Source: an uncultured Bacteriovoracaceae bacterium (GTDB lineage: Bacteria; Bdellovibrionota; Bacteriovoracia; Bacteriovoracales; Bacteriovoracaceae). From it: a DNA stretch of 64,000 bases. The notes under the pieces were generated by a model that saw nothing but the letters and a program-made list of their open reading frames with translations, ran no database searches and was not told the DNA's origin. The stretch lies in assembly GCA_964012805.1 (NCBI GenBank), contig CAXGUD010000009.1:49204-113203 (forward strand), written 5' to 3'. Below, one piece after another: positions 56,923-64,000 of this stretch (within the stretch, counting starts at the first letter, position 1; every line of letters begins with the position of its first letter). A program made the position numbers and the translations under genes.

Positions 56923-59223
56923 ATGGGAAAATTTACATCAACCATTTGGAAAAATTTCTTCTTTTACCTCGGTACAAAAAAGATAAGGTTTAACCTTAAA
57001 AAAAGAGACTTGCCCAAAAACGGCATTAATATTCTTTTGGCAAACCCAAAAAACTCAGTTGAGGAAAAACTTATTGAGTCCGCACTATACCACTCTGGAA
57101 TTCCAATACAATTTTCTAACAAAAAGGTTCTTGGAATTACTAGGCCAGGAGATCTTACAATTTCAGACCTTAAAACAGGTAATTTCCTCCTTCATATAAG
57201 AGATTATAAACACAATGAGTCTGACCATCTACAAGCACTTGAGGATATTTATAATCACGCAGGAAAAGTAAATTCTCCCTTGACCCTAACTCCCATTTTC
57301 TTATGGTGGCATCCTCGAAGAGTTCTAGAATACATAACAATAAAAGTAATTAACCTTACTCAGAGTATTTCCTTTGTTCGAATTCTTGGAGAATCATTCC
57401 GCAAGAAAAATCTTGTTATTAAGATATTGGAAACCTTAACTCTTGATGAAAAACTTATCTCTGAGTTTAATAAAGAAGAGCTAACGGTCTACAGTCAAGA
57501 CTGGATAGACCAATTCTTTGCTCGGCAATCGAGAGAAAAAAAATTAATTTTTGGTGAAAGATCAAAAAGTCCTGAATTCGTTTTGGATTGGATTTTAAAA
57601 CTCCCTGAACTTAAGGACCTATTTAAAAACTTAAACTCATCCCAAGCAAAGAAGATCAAAAAAGATATGGCCAAAATAGTTTCTGAAATAGATGGCCGCC
57701 CGCAACCCTTCATGATTCGGATATTTGTTACAATTCTGGAAAAAGTTCTAAGAATTCTTTTTTCTGATTTCACAATTTCCAAAGATGATCTTTCAAAAAT
57801 AAGTGAACTTTCCAAAAAAAACACGCTCATTTTTGTACCAAATCATCAAAGTAACTTTGATTTTCCCACTATATTCTACCTACTCTATAAAAACCACCTA
57901 GCTACCCCTTTCATTGCAGCAGGAATAAATATGAATTTTTGGCCATTAGGGCCTATATTAAGACGCTGCGGAGCTTTTTTTCTGAGGCGAAAGTTTAGCG
58001 ACGATGATCTCTACCTTCTTATATTCAAAAACTATATTAACTTTTTAGTGACTCATAAATTTAATATAGAGTTTTACTTTGAAGGTGGAAGAAGTAGAAC
58101 CGGTAAACTCCTACCTCCCCGCTTTGGAATGCTTTCATGGATACTAGAATCGTCTCTTTACAAAGGTAAGTATCCCGTCGTTTTTCTTCCTCTTTGCATA
58201 CAATATGAACAGGTTATGGAAGGTGCCCAGTATGTCAGGGAACTTAAAGGTGAAAAAAAAGAAAAAGAAAGTTTTTTCACATTTTTAAAAGCGGCGCGGG
58301 TTTTAAGGAGGAGGTTTGGAAAAGTCTCAGTCAGTCTTGGAGGTGAAATTCACCTCGACCAACATACTGAAAACCTTCTAGATAGAGAAAGTCTTACTAA
58401 ACCAAAAAAAAGGGAAATACTTCAAAAACTAGCGTTTGAAATAGGACACGAAATAAATAAAGTGAGAGGAGTTAATATGGTTTCTCTCATTAGTTTATGC
58501 CTTCTCGATTGTCCTGAAGGGGAGCTTTCTCAAGACGAGTTGGCGGAATATATTAAGAATGAACTAGATTATTTAGAGCATATCCATGCACCCTTTGAAA
58601 AAAAGTTAATAACTCATTTCGAACTCGTTCTCTTAGACTCAATTTATGAATTAACTAAGCTTAAAGTAATTCAGAGAAATTCAAAAAATAATAAGCTATT
58701 TGTCCCTTTTGAAAAAAGAGGAATCGCTACCTACTATAAAAACACAATCCTCCATTTCTTTTGTGTTGATGAAATACTGGAGTTAGGAAAGAGTGGTTAT
58801 CAAAATGCCCTTAACCTTTTTAACCTCCTCAAATATGACTTTTACTTTCACAAAAAAGTGAAAAAGGAAATTACGGGAGAATTAAGTCAAAAAGTAAAAG
58901 AAAGGAAATTGAAAGGAAGATCTGTCTTTTATATTCTAGAGACTTATTACCATGGTCTTTCCATTTTAAATAAAACCGAGTCTCACAATTTACCAAAAGA
59001 GGATAAAGGCTTTCCTTCATTTTTTAAAAAAGAGTTTAATAAAATAGAGTCGGAAGATCTAATTACCTTGCCCGAATCACTATTTATGACTGCCTTTGAG
59101 GGGTTAACAGAAATCGGTAAAGGGTATCGGGATAAAAGTTATACTCATGAACAAATAACTTCTACACTCGACACTCTTCAACCTATAAAAGACAATTACT
59201 CTTTCAAAAGAATTGACGGATAG
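56923..59223 (+). CDS. Glycerol-3-phosphate acyltransferase, PlsB-like
   Basis: NHQSNFD (HxxxxD), AAGINM, GAFFLRR, FEGGRSRTGKLL. Confidence 0.85.
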   Translation: MGKFTSTIWKNFFFYLGTKKIRFNLKKRDLPKNGINILLANPKNSVEEKLIESALYHSGIPIQFSNKKVLGITRPGDLTISDLKTGNFLLHIRDYKHNESDHLQALEDIYNHAGKVNSPLTLTPIFLWWHPRRVLEYITIKVINLTQSISFVRILGESFRKKNLVIKILETLTLDEKLISEFNKEELTVYSQDWIDQFFARQSREKKLIFGERSKSPEFVLDWILKLPELKDLFKNLNSSQAKKIKKDMAKIVSEIDGRPQPFMIRIFVTILEKVLRILFSDFTISKDDLSKISELSKKNTLIFVPNHQSNFDFPTIFYLLYKNHLATPFIAAGINMNFWPLGPILRRCGAFFLRRKFSDDDLYLLIFKNYINFLVTHKFNIEFYFEGGRSRTGKLLPPRFGMLSWILESSLYKGKYPVVFLPLCIQYEQVMEGAQYVRELKGEKKEKESFFTFLKAARVLRRRFGKVSVSLGGEIHLDQHTENLLDRESLTKPKKREILQKLAFEIGHEINKVRGVNMVSLISLCLLDCPEGELSQDELAEYIKNELDYLEHIHAPFEKKLITHFELVLLDSIYELTKLKVIQRNSKNNKLFVPFEKRGIATYYKNTILHFFCVDEILELGKSGYQNALNLFNLLKYDFYFHKKVKKEITGELSQKVKERKLKGRSVFYILETYYHGLSILNKTESHNLPKEDKGFPSFFKKEFNKIESEDLITLPESLFMTAFEGLTEIGKGYRDKSYTHEQITSTLDTLQPIKDNYSFKRIDG

Positions 59224-59897
59224 TCGGTACAAATATAGTCAAACCCCATTTTTTGAAAGGTATTTTTTTCAGAGACAGAGTTTGCATTCCACAAGGTAAG
59301 TTCAACTCCAGCTTGATGGCATTCTTTGGCCAGGTCAGTATCAACAGTTTCATTTGAAATACTTAGTCCATCTGCCTGACAAGCTTTCACAATTTCGACA
59401 GGATTCAAAGGGCGCCCATAGATAAGACAATGTGTCTTAATCTTGGAGTTTAGCTCTTTTATTTTCTTAAGGGGAAGATGGTGAAAGCACTTCACAATAG
59501 ACCGAGATTCCATTTCAGTTTTATTTAATGCATTTATAACTTTTTGCTCACAACCTGGAACTTTTATTTCAACAAAAATAACTGTTCCTTGAAAACTCTT
59601 TACAAGATTAAGGACTTCTTCAAGGGAAGGTATTTTTTCCCCCTTGCCAGCATCAAGTTTCCTAAGATCCTCAAATTTTTTTTCTTTAACGAATCCCTTC
59701 TCTTTTGTTGTCCTCATCAAGGTCGAATCATGAATTACAACAAGTTCACCATCTAAGGAGAGGTGGATATCAATTTCTACACCATCACAGCCTTTTTTTA
59801 ATGCCCACTCAATCGAACCTAAAGTATTCTCAGGGTACTCACCCATTGCACCCCGGTGACCTATAATTTTGGATTTAAAAGCCTCATTCATTGGCAT
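59196..59897 (-). CDS. Glycerophosphodiester phosphodiesterase
   Basis: IGHRGA, PENT, EIDIH, HD, EIK, TDYP. Confidence 0.92.
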   Translation of the reverse strand: MPMNEAFKSKIIGHRGAMGEYPENTLGSIEWALKKGCDGVEIDIHLSLDGELVVIHDSTLMRTTKEKGFVKEKKFEDLRKLDAGKGEKIPSLEEVLNLVKSFQGTVIFVEIKVPGCEQKVINALNKTEMESRSIVKCFHHLPLKKIKELNSKIKTHCLIYGRPLNPVEIVKACQADGLSISNETVDTDLAKECHQAGVELTLWNANSVSEKNTFQKMGFDYICTDYPSILLKE

Positions 59898-60043
59898 AAA
59901 AGATTTCCTTTTTTTAGGTAAAAATGCCTTAATTTTTTTAAAAACTCTAAGAACTTACATTAGATTATTAGTGCATTTTCAATAAAGTAAAATAATAATA
60001 AAAAATAAAGTATTGATAAAGGTTCAATTAAGGATAAAAATAA

Positions 60044-60565
60044 ATGAAAAATTTTTTAGCTCTATTCCTGGTTTTAAATGCATCTCTGGCATGGCCTTCC
60101 TGCTGGGAAAATAAGGAACATATCGGAGAGCGGCAACTCTTTTTCAAAACTTTTCTTGAGAAGCCCAAAGAGGAACTTTTTTTCTGGCTTGTTGACACTT
60201 CAAAGTTAAAAAATTGGCTAGGGCCATTTTCCAATTACAAATCCTCTAAAGAGCCTAAAAGTCCCTTTGGAATAGGCCACGTTAGGCGCGTTAGTGCCCC
60301 TATTTTAAGTTTTAAAATTATCGATGAAGAAATAACCAAATACAGGCCCTATAAGCATATTCAATATAAAGGTTCTCCCTCTCCTTTGATGAAAGATCAT
60401 ATCGGAGATATGTGCCTCAAAACAGTTTCACAATCAAAAACAATGCTTGAATGGCGAATCAGTTTCAATAGTAATTTTTTGACGGCCAAGTTCATTCAAT
60501 TTTATATTAGATTTAGCCTTTGGCGGCTTCATCAGAGTCTACCAAAGAACACAACACAAAATTAA
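60044..60565 (+). CDS. SRPBCC (START/Bet v1) family protein
   Basis: GIGHVRRV, EEITKY, DHIG, LEWRISF; signal-peptide-like N-terminus. Confidence 0.65.
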   Translation: MKNFLALFLVLNASLAWPSCWENKEHIGERQLFFKTFLEKPKEELFFWLVDTSKLKNWLGPFSNYKSSKEPKSPFGIGHVRRVSAPILSFKIIDEEITKYRPYKHIQYKGSPSPLMKDHIGDMCLKTVSQSKTMLEWRISFNSNFLTAKFIQFYIRFSLWRLHQSLPKNTTQN

Positions 60566-60597
60566 AAACATACAATAGCTTAAAAAAGGATATCCTT

Positions 60598-61371
60598 GTG
60601 GCGCGAAGAGTTTTTGTTTTTTGCATGTTAGGCCTCGTAAAAACTATAGGCCATCTCTTTTTTTCATTCGATAAGAAAACAACTGATGGGCAAGAAACTG
60701 ACTGGAATTCTGTCAAAGTCATTGCCTGGATTAATCACACCTCTCTTTTTGACCTTTTTCTTATTTGTGTTTTTCCCTATAAATTTCTTTGGCTGGCATC
60801 AAAAGATTGTATGACTCCTATCGCTGAAAAAACCGTGAAAAGGCCTATTCTTGGACTTCTTTTTAGAAACCTAACTTCCAAAAAAACCTTTGTAAGCCAA
60901 AAGAGGGATGATTCTTGGAGCCAGTTTTTAGGGTCCATTGATAATTCTAGTATTGTTGCCCTTTTTCCCGAAGGACGGATGAAAAGAAAAAATGGTTTGG
61001 ATAAGCAAGGCCGGAAACTCTCCATTAGAGGGGGGATTGCGGATATCCTTCAAAAAAAGAGCGAGGGAAAAATGCTCATTATCTATAGCGGGGGTATGCA
61101 CCATATTCAGGCACCAGGCGAAAAATGGCCAAAACTTTTCCAAACAATTCATGTAAGGCTCGAATCAATTGATATTTTCGAATATAAGAACTCACTTAAG
61201 CTTAAAAAGCCGTTTGGGCCAAACGGCGATTTAATCGAAGCAAAAAGTTCAATGATTTCAAAGGACCTCGACACTGAATCTCTTAAAGCTGAATTCTTCA
61301 AAACTGAAGTCATTAAAGATCTAACAGAAAGACGCTCTAAAAACTTGTCTCTCATGGAAGCCAGCTTCTAA
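60598..61371 (+). CDS. Lysophospholipid acyltransferase (PlsC-like)
   Basis: NHTSLFD, FPEGR; likely GTG start at 60598 after AAGGA. Confidence 0.8.
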   Translation: MARRVFVFCMLGLVKTIGHLFFSFDKKTTDGQETDWNSVKVIAWINHTSLFDLFLICVFPYKFLWLASKDCMTPIAEKTVKRPILGLLFRNLTSKKTFVSQKRDDSWSQFLGSIDNSSIVALFPEGRMKRKNGLDKQGRKLSIRGGIADILQKKSEGKMLIIYSGGMHHIQAPGEKWPKLFQTIHVRLESIDIFEYKNSLKLKKPFGPNGDLIEAKSSMISKDLDTESLKAEFFKTEVIKDLTERRSKNLSLMEASF

Positions 61372-61526
61372 TTTCCATACCACGAAATGCTTTTGCGTCG
61401 TATAATGAGGTTAGACACGTAAACGACTCAAAAGATAAACCCAAAAAAAGAACACCAATCCTTTTCTTTCCGTTCGTGCCTTGGTTATAGTAGTTGCCAA
61501 TAAAAACTTACAAAGGAGTCCTCCTT

Positions 61527-63683
61527 ATGATCTTTCAAGGAAAGGCCATCCAATGCCAAGCTTCCGAGGACGGCATCGCGCTTTTAACTTTTGACCTTAT
61601 TGGGGAAAGCACGAACGTCTTTAATAAACTAACACTTGATGAATTGGGACAATGCTTAGAGTCTATAAAAAAGACCGATGGAATTAAAGGTCTTCTTTTA
61701 AAAAGCCAAAAAGAACATTTTATTCTTGGCGCAGACATTTTTGAATTCCTTGGCCATATGAAAATGAGCGATGAGCAAATGGCTTCATGGCTTACAAACA
61801 CAAATAAAGTCTTTAACGGTTTTGAAGACCTTCCCTACCCAACTGTAACGGCCATCAATGGCTTCGCTTTTGGGGGTGGATTTGAAATTTGCCTAACAAC
61901 GGACTACAGGGTTGGGACTCCCAAAACTAAAGTTGGCCTTTTAGAAACCAAACTAGGAATCATCCCTGGTTGGGGCGGTACGGTGAGGCTTCCTCGCCTA
62001 ACTGGAGCAGACCAGGCCATAGAATGGATAACTTCTGGAAAACAATGGAGACCAGAAGACGCTCTTAAAGTTGGCGCATTAGATGCTGTCGTTGAACCAG
62101 ATTATTTAGAAAATGCTGCCAGAGATATTCTAAAAAGGGCCATCGACGGCAAGCTTGACTGGAAAAAAAGGGCCGAGCTTAAGAAAGCTCCTTTGGGGCT
62201 TAATGAAGTCGAGTCTATGATGACTTTTGAAACGGCTAAAGGATTCGTTGCTCAGATGGCCGGGCCTCACTACCCTGCTCCTGTCACTGCTATTGGGGTT
62301 ATGCAAAAAGCTGCTGGTCTTTTAAGAGATGAGGCCCTAGCAATTGAAACGAAGGCTTTTGTTGGTCTTATTAAGAGTCCTGCAGCTGAAGGTCTAGTCA
62401 CTGTTTTTTTGGGAGACCAATATCTTAAAAAAACAAGTAAGAAAATCACAAAAGAAGCTAAGCCAACAAACAAAGCAGCTGTGCTCGGTGCTGGGATCAT
62501 GGGTGGCGGGATTGCCTACCAAAGTTCCTCAAAAGGAACTCCTATCATCATGAAGGATATCAATGACAAGGCACTTGACCTCGGTTTAAATGAGGCTTCA
62601 GGACTTCTTCAAAAGCAGCTAAAGAGAAAAAAAGTTGATTCTAAAAAAATGGGTCAAATCTTAAATCAGATCTCTCCTACTTTAAGCTATGGAGATTTTA
62701 AAGAGGTTGACCTCGTGGTTGAAGCTGTTGTTGAAAACCCTAAGATAAAAGCAAGCGTTCTCGCTGAAACAGAAGACTCTATTGACTCAGGCGCGGTTCT
62801 TGCGAGTAACACATCGACTATTTCAATCACTCAATTAGCAAGTAACTTAAAAAGGCCTGAGCAGTTTTGTGGGATGCACTTTTTTAATCCTGTTCATAGA
62901 ATGCCCCTAGTTGAAGTCATTAGAGGTGAAAAAACATCGGATGAAACAGTTTCAAGAACGGTGGCCTACGCGCTTAAGATGGGAAAAACACCAATCGTCG
63001 TTAACGATTGCCCAGGCTTTCTCGTCAATAGAATCCTCTTTCCTTACTTCAATGGATTTATCCGTCTTGTAAGGGATGGAGTTGATTTTAAAAGAATTGA
63101 TAAAGTTATGGAAAAATTTGGTTGGCCGATGGGACCTGCCTACCTACTTGACGTCGTGGGTCTCGATACAGGTGTCCACGGTGGAAAAATTATGGCCGAA
63201 GGCTTTCCAGACCGCATGGGAGGTGATGGAGAAGAAACCATTGTTGAAATCATGGTCAAAAATAAGAGACTAGGCCAAAAAAATGGCGTTGGGTTTTATG
63301 AATACAAAAAAGATAAAAAAGGAAAACTTAAAAAGACATTAAACGACAATGTCTACGAAATCCTAAAGACTCATTACAAGCAAGAGATCGAAATAAGTGA
63401 TGATGAAATTGTCGAAAGAATGATGATCCCTATGATTTTTGAAAGTGCAAGGTGCCTTGACGATAAAATTGTCAAAACAGCTTCTGAAGTTGATATGGGT
63501 CTTATTTTGGGACTGGGCTTTCCTCCTTTTAGGGCAGGAGCTTTAAAATACGCAGACAAAATGGGTCTGGACAACCTTCAAAAGCTTGCCAAAAAATACG
63601 AAGCCTTAGGTAAAGCTTACGAGTTGCCACAGTTAATAGAACAAATGATCAAAGAAAATAAACTTTTCTATCCATTAGTGTAA
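61527..63683 (+). CDS. fadB: Fatty acid oxidation complex alpha subunit
   Basis: Enoyl-CoA hydratase + 3-hydroxyacyl-CoA dehydrogenase (GAGIMGGG, MHFFNPV, PGFLVNR); ATG 61527 after AAGGAG. Confidence 0.95.
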   Translation: MIFQGKAIQCQASEDGIALLTFDLIGESTNVFNKLTLDELGQCLESIKKTDGIKGLLLKSQKEHFILGADIFEFLGHMKMSDEQMASWLTNTNKVFNGFEDLPYPTVTAINGFAFGGGFEICLTTDYRVGTPKTKVGLLETKLGIIPGWGGTVRLPRLTGADQAIEWITSGKQWRPEDALKVGALDAVVEPDYLENAARDILKRAIDGKLDWKKRAELKKAPLGLNEVESMMTFETAKGFVAQMAGPHYPAPVTAIGVMQKAAGLLRDEALAIETKAFVGLIKSPAAEGLVTVFLGDQYLKKTSKKITKEAKPTNKAAVLGAGIMGGGIAYQSSSKGTPIIMKDINDKALDLGLNEASGLLQKQLKRKKVDSKKMGQILNQISPTLSYGDFKEVDLVVEAVVENPKIKASVLAETEDSIDSGAVLASNTSTISITQLASNLKRPEQFCGMHFFNPVHRMPLVEVIRGEKTSDETVSRTVAYALKMGKTPIVVNDCPGFLVNRILFPYFNGFIRLVRDGVDFKRIDKVMEKFGWPMGPAYLLDVVGLDTGVHGGKIMAEGFPDRMGGDGEETIVEIMVKNKRLGQKNGVGFYEYKKDKKGKLKKTLNDNVYEILKTHYKQEIEISDDEIVERMMIPMIFESARCLDDKIVKTASEVDMGLILGLGFPPFRAGALKYADKMGLDNLQKLAKKYEALGKAYELPQLIEQMIKENKLFYPLV

Positions 63684-64000
<317 letters not shown>

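Overview
Gene-dense, AT-rich bacterial chromosomal window with about 58 CDSs. I found no tRNA, rRNA, CRISPR array, transposase, integrase or phage genes. Gene content and the hypothetical families suggest a Bdellovibrionota/Bacteriovoracia-like predator; this is inference, not database-checked. Main blocks: (1) 1-12 kb: hypothetical/secreted proteins, an Hsp20-tailed coiled-coil protein, an App1-like HAD phosphatase, C45 and C25 (gingipain) peptidases, and an orphan DNA methyltransferase. (2) Housekeeping genes: rpsU, ferredoxin, dut, pnp, rpsO, an RpoH-like sigma factor and HU. (3) Class II aldolase + mtnA. (4) A 9-gene MoxR/DUF58/BatABDE operon carrying two extra redox/folding genes (TlpA-BatD-like fusion, TPR-PPIase). 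(5) A VxrAB-like two-component system. (6) A nitrogen module: glutaminase with EF-hand and ankyrin domains, type II glutamine synthetase, an orphan NarL regulator and a multiply disrupted amtB, with a shared TGTA(G/A)...CCTACA operator-like motif. (7) lipAB, two YyaL/SPATA20 paralogs and mmsA. (8) A lipid cluster: plsB-like, GDPD, SRPBCC, acyltransferase, fadBA. The most notable non-annotated signals are the nitrogen-module operators and amtB pseudogene, sigma-28-like promoters sitting exactly 7 nt before ATGs (candidate leaderless attack-phase genes), and a ~170-nt RNA rod in the pnp leader. All functional calls come from motif recognition only.
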